From: Candidatus Uhrbacteria bacterium RIFOXYB12_FULL_58_10
Lineage (GTDB): Bacteria; Patescibacteriota; Patescibacteriia; UBA9934; GWF2-40-263
Direction of reading: 5' to 3'
Length of the DNA stretch: 49,835 bases
Assembly: GCA_943357275.1 (NCBI GenBank)
Contig: CALRGL010000001.1
Coordinates: 1 to 49,835, forward strand
Part shown: piece after piece, positions 14,252-23,757 of the stretch
How positions within the stretch are numbered: position 1 is the stretch's first letter
Layout: every line of letters begins with the position of its first letter
Program-made: the position numbers and the translations under genes
Notes under the pieces: generated by a model
The model's input: the letters and a program-made list of their open reading frames with translations, nothing else
What the model was told of the DNA's origin: nothing
Database searches by the model: none

Positions 14252-17074
14252 CTAATTCAATTTTGTGAACCCGATCGTAATTCCAAATTCATTTGCACGG
14301 AATTGATCCTGATTCTCTGGAACCTCCCCTTCTGTGCGAAGTGAAGTTGCCAGTGTTCCATAAAGAAGTGCATCTTTGTGTTCCGTGAGAGCAAGTTGAA
14401 CTTCCTCACCACCACTGACATACAATTCAATCCGATCATCAATCGTCAAACCTTTTTCTTTTCGAAGAGCATTCACTCTTCGAATGATTTCACGCACCGT
14501 TCCCTCTCGGACAAGTTCAGGAGTGAGTGTGAGATCAAGCTCGACCTGATATTCCCCTTTTTGAATCGTCACGGTTTTCACGTTGATCTCATCTTGAATC
14601 ACCTCGATATATTCCTGAGCAAGTTCGTCCGAAGGAATCGTAACGATCGCGGAAGCAAGGGCTTGTCGAACGTTTACACCAGCCTCAGATCGACGTTCGA
14701 GTGATCGAGAAACAATTGAGCGAGTACGTCCCATTTGATCCAAAACGGTTTCATCAATAAGCGTCTCATTTGCCATCGGCCACTCTTCCAAGTGAACCGA
14801 TTCTTTTGTTCCACCAGATTGTGTGTACACAGACTCGGCGAGGAACGGTGCGAATGGCGCCATTAGTTTTGCAAGTGTGAGCAGACATTCTTGAAGCGTT
14901 GAGATCGCGGAATTCTTATCATCAACATCTGTTGATTTAAATCGATCGCGTGATCGTCGAACATACCACGTTGAAAGATCTTGAATAAATTCTCCAAGAT
15001 CACGAACCGTTTCGGTGATGATATATCCTTCAAGTCGCTCTGTCGTTTCTTTTGTAAGTTTGTGAAGACGCGCGAGAATCCATCGATCAAGCACGTGTGT
15101 TCGTTCAACCTGTTCAACGGTTTCGCCGGCAAACATTTCATAAAAACTCACCACATTCATCAAAATCCCAAAGTTCTTTTTCACCATGTCTCCCAAGGTT
15201 TTCTCATCGAATCGTTTGCTCTCCCCTGGTTGGTTGATCGTATACATATACCATCGAACCGCGTCAGCTCCATAAAGATCGATCATCTCCATTGGCTTCA
15301 CAATGTTCCCAAGCGACTTACTCATCTTTTTTCCTTGTGCGTCGAGAACGTGTCCCAAACAGATCACGTTTTTGAACGGTCGTTCTTTTCCAAGCAAGGT
15401 GGAAACTGCAAGCAATGTGTAAAACCAACCTCGTGTTTGATCAATCGCTTCAGAAATATAATCCGCTGGGTAAGCTTCCCCTGAATCAATCTTTTCTTTG
15501 TTTTCAAACGGATAATGCCACTGTGCAAACGGCATACAACCAGAGTCGAACCAGACGTCACACACGTCAGGAACGCGCTTCATCACGGAAGAACATTTCT
15601 CACAAGGAAGTTCGATCACATCCACGTTTGGTCGATGTGGATCAATATCTGGTTGACCTAACTCTTCAAAACTTCCAATGCATTTTTTGTGATCACACTT
15701 CGTACACTCCCAAATTGGAAGCGGTGTTCCCCAGTAACGCTCGCGTGAAAACGCCCAATCTTTTACTTCACGAAGCCACTCACCAAACCGACCTTCTTGA
15801 AGATGATCTGGCTCCCAGTGAATCGACTCATTTTGCTTCAACATCTCATCTCGCAATTCACTCATGCGGATGTACCAAGAATCTTTTGCGTAGTAGATGA
15901 CTTTTGTTTTACAGCGCCAGCAGTGTGGATATGAGTGTTCGTATTTTGCTTTTGAATAAAGCAGTCCACGACCAGCAAGGTCTTTAATCACGTCAATCGC
16001 AACTTCTTCATCTGTCACAAAACGACCAGACAAAAAGTCCATGCCATCGATAAAGGTTCCGTCGAGTTTCACCACGTGATACTTCGGCAATCCAACTTCG
16101 TTTCCAAGTTCAAAGTCATCTTGTCCATACATCACAGCTGTGTGAACCACACCGGTTCCGTCTTCTGTGGTGACAAACTTTGCTGGCACAATCGTCCAAG
16201 CAACCGTTGATTCCACCTTGTCTTTCATAAACGGATAAAGCGGTTCGTACTTCCAACCAACGAGCGCTTCTCCCATGACTTCCTCAACAACATCATACTC
16301 CCCCTCAATCACAGACAAACGATTTTTCGCAAGCCACAAAAACTGATCGTTCTGTTTGATCTTTACGTAAGTGATGTTGTTTCCAACCGCGAGTGCCACG
16401 TTCCCAGGCAAGGTCCAAGGCGTTGTAGTCCAAGCAAGAACATATTCGTTCTCCTTATCAACCAATTTAAACTTCGCTGTGATCGTTAAATCCTTTACAT
16501 CCTTATATCCCTGTGACAACTCGTGCGACGACAAACTCGTTCCACAACGTGGGCAGTGCGGGGTCACACGGTAATCTTTATACAAAAGTCCTCTCTCCCA
16601 AATTTGTTTAATCACCCACCAAAGAGATTCTACGTACTCAGGTTTATAGGTGACGTACGCGTTTTCCATGTCCACCCAAAATCCAAGACGCTTGGTAAAC
16701 TCTTCCCAATCCTTTTTATACGTCCAAACGCTTTCCTTACACTTGTCATTAAACGGTCCAATCCCGTATTCCTCAATCTGAGCCTTCCCGGTAAATCCAA
16801 GTTGTTTTTCCACTTCGATTTCAACTGGAAGCCCATGGGTATCCCAACCAGCCTTTCGATCAACACGAAAACCCTGCATGGTCTTAAACCGTGGAATACA
16901 ATCCTTAAACGCCCGAGATTCCGCATGGTGAATTCCCGGTCGACCATTGGCCGTCGGCGGACCTTCAAAAAACACGAACGGCCCCTTTGGAGCGTCTTTC
17001 TCGAGAGTCTTCTTAAAAACTTCGTTCTTCTCCCAATTTTGTAATATTTCTAACTCTTTTTCTGGAAAATTCAT
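14252..17074 (-). CDS. ileS: Isoleucine--tRNA ligase
   Basis: 940 aa with a HIGH region (PTANGRPGIHH), KMSKS (KKMSKSLGN) and Zn-binding Cys clusters. Confidence 0.95.
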   Translation of the reverse strand: MNFPEKELEILQNWEKNEVFKKTLEKDAPKGPFVFFEGPPTANGRPGIHHAESRAFKDCIPRFKTMQGFRVDRKAGWDTHGLPVEIEVEKQLGFTGKAQIEEYGIGPFNDKCKESVWTYKKDWEEFTKRLGFWVDMENAYVTYKPEYVESLWWVIKQIWERGLLYKDYRVTPHCPRCGTSLSSHELSQGYKDVKDLTITAKFKLVDKENEYVLAWTTTPWTLPGNVALAVGNNITYVKIKQNDQFLWLAKNRLSVIEGEYDVVEEVMGEALVGWKYEPLYPFMKDKVESTVAWTIVPAKFVTTEDGTGVVHTAVMYGQDDFELGNEVGLPKYHVVKLDGTFIDGMDFLSGRFVTDEEVAIDVIKDLAGRGLLYSKAKYEHSYPHCWRCKTKVIYYAKDSWYIRMSELRDEMLKQNESIHWEPDHLQEGRFGEWLREVKDWAFSRERYWGTPLPIWECTKCDHKKCIGSFEELGQPDIDPHRPNVDVIELPCEKCSSVMKRVPDVCDVWFDSGCMPFAQWHYPFENKEKIDSGEAYPADYISEAIDQTRGWFYTLLAVSTLLGKERPFKNVICLGHVLDAQGKKMSKSLGNIVKPMEMIDLYGADAVRWYMYTINQPGESKRFDEKTLGDMVKKNFGILMNVVSFYEMFAGETVEQVERTHVLDRWILARLHKLTKETTERLEGYIITETVRDLGEFIQDLSTWYVRRSRDRFKSTDVDDKNSAISTLQECLLTLAKLMAPFAPFLAESVYTQSGGTKESVHLEEWPMANETLIDETVLDQMGRTRSIVSRSLERRSEAGVNVRQALASAIVTIPSDELAQEYIEVIQDEINVKTVTIQKGEYQVELDLTLTPELVREGTVREIIRRVNALRKEKGLTIDDRIELYVSGGEEVQLALTEHKDALLYGTLATSLRTEGEVPENQDQFRANEFGITIGFTKLN

Positions 17075-17147
17075 ACCTAGGGAGTATGCCAGCGAGAAGA
17101 AGAAAAATCAATAAAAAAACGTCCCAGAGTATTGGGACGATTGAACG

Positions 17148-17870
17148 TTACGAAACTGCGACGACTTTGAGCATGCGTTGAACAGAGACAAAATTCCTTA
17201 ATGAAATACGGTCACCACAATAATCAATCGTAGGATTGCTTTCTTGATGAGTTAACCGACTCATGATCGTTACATAGCCACATTCCGGCCGCAAGGACAA
17301 AAAGAGTCCCTTACCCAGAAGAATCGAGCGGTAATGAAGTGGAATGAACAAACTCTCGCGAGTGTGCAATTCAGAAGTGTCGAACGCCTTTTCTGCACTA
17401 TAGATTTCTCTCCATTGTTGAGCAGAACGTTCAAGATGTTCAGAAAAGCGCAAAAACGCAATATAACGAATTGGCAGATGTGGAAAGGGTTGTTCCGGAG
17501 CTACACAAGCCCCTTGAAATCCACCCAAACTCACCAGGTCTGGAATCGAAATGGTCTGATCTACAAGCAGAACTCTCACGAATCCACGCTCGGCAACATC
17601 TTTGGGAATCAGCACCTCACGCGGCCACATCTTGCGATAGGCAGAAGCGGAAAGACCTTTCCCGAAATTAGCGCTTTTGTGGTATCCACCCCTGATGAGT
17701 GCCTCAACATAAGGACGGATATCAACGACCAAAGATTGCTCGAGAAGCACAAGTCGTCCACGCAAGAAGTGTTCCATCATTTCCGCGGTAATCTGTTGCG
17801 GATGAGAAGAACTCCTGCGTTCCAAGATTTCCACCAACTGCTTGTCAGACACTGACCGAATTGTACCCAT
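17148..17870 (-). CDS. Hypothetical protein
   Basis: 240 aa with SD GGTAGGAGTG. It has its own weaker promoter (TTGACA-N17-AATGAT, 17987-18015 minus) and a ~100 nt leader. Confidence 0.5.
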   Translation of the reverse strand: MGTIRSVSDKQLVEILERRSSSHPQQITAEMMEHFLRGRLVLLEQSLVVDIRPYVEALIRGGYHKSANFGKGLSASAYRKMWPREVLIPKDVAERGFVRVLLVDQTISIPDLVSLGGFQGACVAPEQPFPHLPIRYIAFLRFSEHLERSAQQWREIYSAEKAFDTSELHTRESLFIPLHYRSILLGKGLFLSLRPECGYVTIMSRLTHQESNPTIDYCGDRISLRNFVSVQRMLKVVAVS

Positions 17871-17994
17871 AACACACTCCTACCACATCCACTCTGGCTA
17901 TCCGACCCGGAAACCCAGAGATCCAGTGGAGCAATGCTTAGCGGATCCGCCGCAAACGGGTTCCAGAAGATTTCAGGAACGGATGAATCATTGA

Positions 17995-18456
17995 ATGAAA
18001 TATAGAAAATGTCAAGGAATATCCATCGATTCCCTTGACAATATCCCCATTTTTGAATTTAAGACCATCAACGCAACCGCTGATGCTCAGGTCAAGGTGG
18101 CCATCGGTGAAGCCGATGCCAAGGTTCTCGTTGTGGTCGGTGAGGCCGAAGGTAGGAAGATTACGGCCGTCGGTACAGCCGAAGCCGAAGTCATTCAGCT
18201 CAAGACTAATGCGGTCGGTCAGGAAAACTACCGAACCATCGAGGTCGCTCGAGCTCTCGCTGGCGCTCACGTTCCGCTCGTCCCGCAGATCGTTGCAGGT
18301 GGCGGAAACGGCGACAGCAGTTCGTTCGTCGATGTTCTGCTCGCGAATCTGGTTCAGAAGGACCTCGCCAGCAAGAACACTCCTACTCTCCCAGTCCCGG
18401 CTCCGGTCCCTGTTCCCACTCCGACTCCCGCCCCGACCCCTCCGGCCGCGACGTAA
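17995..18456 (+). pseudogene. 3' fragment of an SPFH/flotillin-like gene
   Basis: AIGEADAKVLVVVGEAEGRKITAVGTAEAEVIQLKTNAVGQENYRTIEVARALAG...VPQIVAGG resembles only the C-terminal Glu/Ala-repeat part of flotillin-type proteins. The SPFH N-terminal domain is missing. GC-rich, with a Pro/Thr/Ala tail. Confidence 0.45.
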
Positions 18457-18536
18457 GTCACTCTTCAACCTCCACTCTCACGTGGTGGTTTTTTCTTTGC
18501 CCAAATTCCCTGCCAATGTGTTAAAATACCTCCACT

Positions 18537-19004
18537 ATGAACACACAAACCATCTATATCGGTGCGGATCATGCAGGCTGGGAACTCAAGGAGGCGCTTG
18601 AGGAGTATCTTCGTGAGAAAAACTATAACGTGGTCGATATGGGAAATCGGGATCTTGTGAAAGACGATGATTATCCTCGATTTGGCCACGCGGTTGCCAA
18701 ACGTGTTGTGACAGACGAAGGTTCACATGGCATTGTGATCTGTGGAAATGCCCAAGGAATTTGTATCGTAGCTAATAAAGTTCGAGGTGCTCGCGCGGCG
18801 ACAGGGTTTAATGAAGACGTCGCAAAATCCGCCCGAACAGACGACAACTCAAACATTCTTTGTCTTCCTGGCCGACATGTGGCTTTTCCAGAAGCAAAAA
18901 AAATCGTTGATATGTGGCTTGAAACAGCATTCTCTGGTGAGGAACGTCATGTTCGACGATTAAAAGAAGTGGAAGATATTGAAAACCAAGAATTCGGCGT
19001 ATGA
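18537..19004 (+). CDS. rpiB: Ribose-5-phosphate isomerase B
   Basis: IYIGADHAGWELKEAL...GIVICGNAQGICIVANKVRGARAA is the RpiB/LacAB signature. Confidence 0.9.
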   Translation: MNTQTIYIGADHAGWELKEALEEYLREKNYNVVDMGNRDLVKDDDYPRFGHAVAKRVVTDEGSHGIVICGNAQGICIVANKVRGARAATGFNEDVAKSARTDDNSNILCLPGRHVAFPEAKKIVDMWLETAFSGEERHVRRLKEVEDIENQEFGV

Positions 19005-19672
19005 GCACTATCGTTCCTGCCATTTTGGCGCATTCCGAAGAAGAATTTGAACAACAACTTCGTCTTATTGAGAACGACTGTGAACTGATTCAAGTCGATA
19101 TCCTCGACGGGAGTCTGTTTCCAAACACAAACTGGTTCGATGCTGAGCGTGTTGGCGCGCTTCGTACCAATGTTCACTATGAACTTCATTTAATGGTGGA
19201 AAACCCTATTCCGATCATTCAAGCTTGGCAAAAATTCGTTCCAAACCTCGAACGTGTAATCGTAAGTGCAGAAATGCATCGTCCTTTAATTGCCGTGCTT
19301 CAGGAAATCAAGATGGGACTTGGCTTAAAGGTTGGAGTGGCTATCAATCCTGAGACTCCTCTTCACGAAGTAGAAGCCGTTATCCACGAACTCGATCAAC
19401 TCACCATCATGAGTGTGCATCCTGGAAAACAAGGCCAAGCGTTTGGGGACGCTGAGCATATTGGTGATGAATCGTTCATCTTTGAGAAGATCAAACTTGC
19501 CCACGATCATCGAGCAGATTTAATAATAGAAATAGATGGTGGTGTGCGTGATGATTTGATCGGACCACTGATGCACGCGGGGGTTGATCGCATCGTCGTT
19601 GGATCGCTTCTTTTTAAAACAGAAGATCCTACAAACAAACTCAAACTCTTAAATAAGATTGTTTCTGTATGA
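19001..19672 (+). CDS. rpe: Ribulose-phosphate 3-epimerase family protein
   Basis: IQVDILDG...HLMVENP...MSVHPGKQGQAF...IEIDGGV are TIM-barrel Rpe motifs. It overlaps the rpiB stop by 4 nt. Confidence 0.75.
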   Translation: MSTIVPAILAHSEEEFEQQLRLIENDCELIQVDILDGSLFPNTNWFDAERVGALRTNVHYELHLMVENPIPIIQAWQKFVPNLERVIVSAEMHRPLIAVLQEIKMGLGLKVGVAINPETPLHEVEAVIHELDQLTIMSVHPGKQGQAFGDAEHIGDESFIFEKIKLAHDHRADLIIEIDGGVRDDLIGPLMHAGVDRIVVGSLLFKTEDPTNKLKLLNKIVSV

Positions 19673-20454
19673 AAAAACTCTTTTTATTAGCCTTCCTCGT
19701 CCTGATTGCTCTGCCAGCACAAGCGGCGACGATCCCAGTCAATCAACTTGCTCCAGGCAATCTTATTCGCGGATCAAGTCATAATGCCGTGTACTATTAT
19801 GGTGTTGATGGAATGCGTTATGTCTTCCCAAACGTGAAAACCTATTTCACTTGGTATAGTGATTTCAACAGTGTTACTTGGGTCAGTGATCAAGAACTTG
19901 CAAGTATTCAAATCGGAGGAAACGTCACTTACAAACCAGGAATAAAATTGCTCAAAATTATAAGCTCCCCAACTGTTTACGCTGTTGATGGAGGTTCTGT
20001 TCTTCGACCAATTAGTAGTGAACAGGTTGCTGAAGAACTTTATGGCACAGCTTGGAATACGCTTGTAGACGATGTCCCGGATGGATTTTTTTCCAACTAT
20101 ACAATTGGGGCGCCAATCAGTCTTGCTTCCACGTATGATCCAGTAGCAGAAGCAAATGATGCTTACAACATCAACAACGATAAAAACTTGAAACCATTTA
20201 TCCATATTTACATCACAGATTCTGGTTACAACCTTCCAACAACAACGATTCCTCGCGATACAGCTATTCGCTTTGTAAACAATTCAACAGAAAAAGCTAC
20301 CGCTTCAGAATGGGATGGAATTTGGGGCAGTGGAACTCTGAACCCTGGTGAACACTTTACTCGTTATTTCAGAGAAAATAGCATCGGACGATGGAACTTC
20401 TACAACAAGTACAAGTCCAAAGAAACCATGCAAGGCACACTGATCGTGGAGTGA
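19669..20454 (+). CDS. Secreted hypothetical protein with a cupredoxin-like C-terminus (paralog A)
   Basis: Signal peptide MKKLFLLAFLVLIALPAQA. Clearly paralogous to the next gene (AVYYYG.DG.RYVFPN.K.YFTWY..FN.V.WVSD...IQIGGNVTYKPG). Confidence 0.6.
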   Translation: MKKLFLLAFLVLIALPAQAATIPVNQLAPGNLIRGSSHNAVYYYGVDGMRYVFPNVKTYFTWYSDFNSVTWVSDQELASIQIGGNVTYKPGIKLLKIISSPTVYAVDGGSVLRPISSEQVAEELYGTAWNTLVDDVPDGFFSNYTIGAPISLASTYDPVAEANDAYNINNDKNLKPFIHIYITDSGYNLPTTTIPRDTAIRFVNNSTEKATASEWDGIWGSGTLNPGEHFTRYFRENSIGRWNFYNKYKSKETMQGTLIVE

Positions 20455-20506
20455 TCCTCTCAAACATCTGTGCTATAATCGACCTACTAATCAATTGAAC
20501 ATCTTT

Positions 20507-21322
20507 ATGACCAAAACAATGACACAGGTCTCAGCAATCGCTCTGTTGGTCGCTCTGATGGCTGCTTCTTCCCTCTTTACAACAACACAAACAGCTCATG
20601 CTGCTTCGTTGGTTGCAATGAGTAGCTTGCAAGCTGGCGATCTTATCCGGGGCGAAAGTTTTAGTGCGGTTTATTATTATGGAGCCGACGGTTTCCGTTA
20701 CGTATTTCCAAATGACAAGGCTTATTTCACTTGGTATACAAACTTCAACACCGTAAAGTGGGTTTCAGACGCAACACTTACCAAGATCCAAATTGGAGGA
20801 AACGTTACGTACAAACCAGGTTCCAAGATGATCAAGATCAACTCTGATCCACGTGTATACGTTGTTGCCTCAGGTGGAGTGATTCGAGCAATCGGTTCTG
20901 AGGCAATCGCAAAAGCTCTTTATGGAGCAACATGGAACAAACAAATCGATGACGTCCCAGATGGATTCTTCTCAAACTATGTGATGGGTGGTGCTATCGA
21001 CGTTGCCAGCATGTATGACCCAGCCGCAGAAAAGGCCGACGCAGAAAACATCAACGTTGATAAAGGTCTCAGTGCTGCATCGCTCATCAATATCTCTGAC
21101 AGCGGATTTAGCCAAATCAATCTCTCAATCGCTGTAGGTACGGCTGTGAAATTCGTAAACACTGGTGTATCCGTTCACGGCGCAAGTGCTGACGACGGTT
21201 CTTGGGGAACAGGCTCTCTTTACACAGGCGACTCTTTTAGCAAATACTTCCGAAAAGCTGGCACCTACAGCTATCACGACAAGTACGATGCTTCCAAGAA
21301 AGCAACAATCACGGTTCAATAA
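20507..21322 (+). CDS. Secreted hypothetical protein (paralog B)
   Basis: It has a signal peptide and the same conserved blocks as 19669..20454. ATG at 20507 was preferred to the TTG at 20495. Confidence 0.6.
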   Translation: MTKTMTQVSAIALLVALMAASSLFTTTQTAHAASLVAMSSLQAGDLIRGESFSAVYYYGADGFRYVFPNDKAYFTWYTNFNTVKWVSDATLTKIQIGGNVTYKPGSKMIKINSDPRVYVVASGGVIRAIGSEAIAKALYGATWNKQIDDVPDGFFSNYVMGGAIDVASMYDPAAEKADAENINVDKGLSAASLINISDSGFSQINLSIAVGTAVKFVNTGVSVHGASADDGSWGTGSLYTGDSFSKYFRKAGTYSYHDKYDASKKATITVQ

Positions 21323-21381
21323 GATTTCAAAACGAGGTTTCAACACCTCGTTTTTGTTTTGCTGTGTTACAATATCTGCGT

Positions 21382-22281
21382 ATGCCAAACCTTACGATCG
21401 GTCCAAAAGTTCGCAAACCTCTTCACTTGCATGATCGCGAGCTGAAAAAACTCGAACTGCGTGCGCAGGCCATGCGTGAAGATTTGATCGACATGCTTGT
21501 GGAAGCAAAAAGCGGACACTCGGCTGGCCCACTTGGTATGGCTGACATCTACACGGCCCTCTATTTTCACATCATGACGCATGATCCAAAGAACCCAGAC
21601 TGGGAACTGCGAGATCGTCTGATTCTCTCGTGCGGTCACACCGTGCCTATTCGCTATGTCGCCATGGCACACGCAGGGTACTTTCCAAAAAAGTACATGA
21701 ACACACTTCGTAAATTTGGCTCCCCGCTTCAAGGACATCCAGAAAAAGAATGGCTCCCAGGACTTGAAACAACCTCTGGTCCACTTGGATCAGGTTCTTC
21801 TCAAGCCGTCGGAATGGCCTACACAGGACTCCTTGATCGAAAGCCTTGGCGCGTCTATTGCATCATGAGCGATGGCGAACTCGCTTGCGGACAAACCTGG
21901 GAAGCCATGCTCTTTGCTGGACGAAACAATCTCTACAACTGCACGTTCATCATCGATAGAAACAACATTCAAATTGATGGAACGACCGAGGAGATCATGC
22001 CCCTTGAACCACTGACTCAAAAGTTCGAATCGTTTGGCATGAACGTTCTTCACTGCGCTGGAAATTCGATCCGAGACTTTGTCGAAACCGTCGAACGAGC
22101 ACACGCCGTCACAGAAAAACCAACCGTGATCATCGCAGATACCATTCCAGGTTACGGCGTAGATTTCATGGAATATGATTTTTCCTGGCATGGGAAACCA
22201 CCTGCTCCGGGAGATGAGAGAAATAAAGCGATGGCGAGTTTGAGAACACTTGGGGGAAGAATACAGAGTGAACATGAGTAA
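21382..22281 (+). CDS. tkt: Transketolase, N-terminal (TPP-binding) subunit
   Basis: GHSAGPLGMADIYTALYF...LILSCGH...GSGSSQAVGMA. TACAAT lies at 21367-21372, close to the ATG, so the leader is short or absent. Confidence 0.85.
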   Translation: MPNLTIGPKVRKPLHLHDRELKKLELRAQAMREDLIDMLVEAKSGHSAGPLGMADIYTALYFHIMTHDPKNPDWELRDRLILSCGHTVPIRYVAMAHAGYFPKKYMNTLRKFGSPLQGHPEKEWLPGLETTSGPLGSGSSQAVGMAYTGLLDRKPWRVYCIMSDGELACGQTWEAMLFAGRNNLYNCTFIIDRNNIQIDGTTEEIMPLEPLTQKFESFGMNVLHCAGNSIRDFVETVERAHAVTEKPTVIIADTIPGYGVDFMEYDFSWHGKPPAPGDERNKAMASLRTLGGRIQSEHE

Positions 22282-22331
22282 ATAAAAACCCTCTTTTTGA
22301 GGGTTTTTTGCTTAAATTTACAATACATCGG

Positions 22332-22360
22332 TTGACAAAATCATGATTTTGAGCTATCTT
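22332..22360 (+). promoter_or_regulatory. Sigma70-type promoter (TTGACA-N17-TATCTT)
   Basis: TTGACAaaatcatgattttgagcTATCTT, upstream of the Zn-ribbon ORF. Confidence 0.5.
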
Positions 22361-22406
22361 GATACGGCTCTAGAAGATCCTTCACCCACGGAAAAAGGAG
22401 AACGAG

Positions 22407-22763
22407 ATGAAAACCCTCAAAGTCGGCCGTGCACATCCTGATTGGAAGCGCGATTTCGAATGCAAAGGTTGTGGCACTGTCCACGAGATCGAGCGAGCGG
22501 ATCTCTTCCTCGCTCACACACACGACATCTCCGGACCCCGCGATCAGGTTCTTGCGACTTGCATCGCGTGCAACGAAACGATCGTCGTCGAAAATCACGC
22601 GAGCACAAATTGGGGAGACCTTCCCCGTCAGGTACGCTGCAAAAGCTGCCGACAAACAAGCATCATCGCGGCTGCCGACTTCAACGATCCACACTGTGCG
22701 CACTGCAACGAGGTGGTCCAACTTCCCAAACCCCAAGAGCAAGGCTATCTCGGGTACAGATAA
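22407..22763 (+). CDS. Cys-rich (multiple CxxC) zinc-ribbon hypothetical protein
   Basis: 118 aa with SD AAAGGAG. CxxC pairs: CKGC, CIAC, CKSC, CAHC. GC-richer than its flanks. Confidence 0.5.
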   Translation: MKTLKVGRAHPDWKRDFECKGCGTVHEIERADLFLAHTHDISGPRDQVLATCIACNETIVVENHASTNWGDLPRQVRCKSCRQTSIIAAADFNDPHCAHCNEVVQLPKPQEQGYLGYR

Positions 22764-22770
22764 TCTCTCA

Positions 22771-22817
22771 CACCTGACCAGCAAACGTTTCGACGTAAGC
22801 TGGCCGGGTGTTTTTTT
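22771..22817 (+). terminator. Rho-independent terminator
   Basis: CACCTGACCAGC-N16-GCTGGCCGGGTG followed by TTTTTTT. Confidence 0.6.
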
Positions 22818-22837
22818 GATTGTTTAACAAGTTGATA

Positions 22838-23710
22838 TCAAACTTCCATCATCCCCATCACTCCCTCAACCCAAACCCGATTCACCTCCATTGCCACCTC
22901 GATCGGCGTTTTCCCCATTGTTTCCACAGTTACTGAATACTTCGCACCGATTCGATTCAACAAATCCGTTAAGCTTCCATCGTGACGCTCGATGCACCCA
23001 AACGCATCGGTCGTCATTTTTTGTTCGTTTTGAAAGCCTGCGTCAAAGGCTTGATCACGAAGAATGGGAACAATTTGTTCGATTTTTTCGATGATTGATT
23101 TGTAAACCAACGTATCTCCAAATGTATAAGCATAAGCACCTGGACTAGCATCTTGAGTCAGATAATCTTGATGCAAATCGATACACGCAACAACTTGAGA
23201 AAGTGGGTCGCTGGATAACCACTCGTGCATTGCCTGTGTTTCAAGAGGAAGATGAATACTCATCGATAAATCCGAAGACCAAAACCAACGTTTGAATGGT
23301 TCACCACTGTTCAACCCGAGATCGTCCACGATTGTGCCATCCAGAAGTTCATACCGCATAAAATCCCCATTCCCTGCCTCTCCTTTATCACCATCAATAT
23401 TGTATCGGCTTCCCGTTTCAAACCCGGAAGGATTTCCAAGCGGATAAAGAATCACTTTGATTCCCTTTTCCTGTGCCTTCGTGAAAATTTCATCCGCGTA
23501 TTGAAGAACGTAGAGCGGACCAGCGATTTCGTCTCCGTGGATTCCGGCTCGAATCAAAAGAACTTTATCAGACGGTTCAATGAACTGTGATGCGATACGG
23601 AGCAAGGTGTAATCCCCTTTTTGATACGGAAGCATTTTCGATTCGATCGAAAGATCTGTTCGATGCGACAGGTTATGTCGAAGGGTTTGTTCAAATTCTT
23701 CTGCAGTCAT
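22838..23710 (-). CDS. M14-like zinc carboxypeptidase / succinylglutamate desuccinylase-aspartoacylase family protein
   Basis: 290 aa. IRAGIHGDEIAGP carries the HxxE zinc motif typical of the AstE/AspA-M14 fold. Confidence 0.6.
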   Translation of the reverse strand: MTAEEFEQTLRHNLSHRTDLSIESKMLPYQKGDYTLLRIASQFIEPSDKVLLIRAGIHGDEIAGPLYVLQYADEIFTKAQEKGIKVILYPLGNPSGFETGSRYNIDGDKGEAGNGDFMRYELLDGTIVDDLGLNSGEPFKRWFWSSDLSMSIHLPLETQAMHEWLSSDPLSQVVACIDLHQDYLTQDASPGAYAYTFGDTLVYKSIIEKIEQIVPILRDQAFDAGFQNEQKMTTDAFGCIERHDGSLTDLLNRIGAKYSVTVETMGKTPIEVAMEVNRVWVEGVMGMMEV

Positions 23711-23757
23711 AAAGATTCGTTAGCGTGTTTAGATAAGTTTCATTATAATGTCGATGT

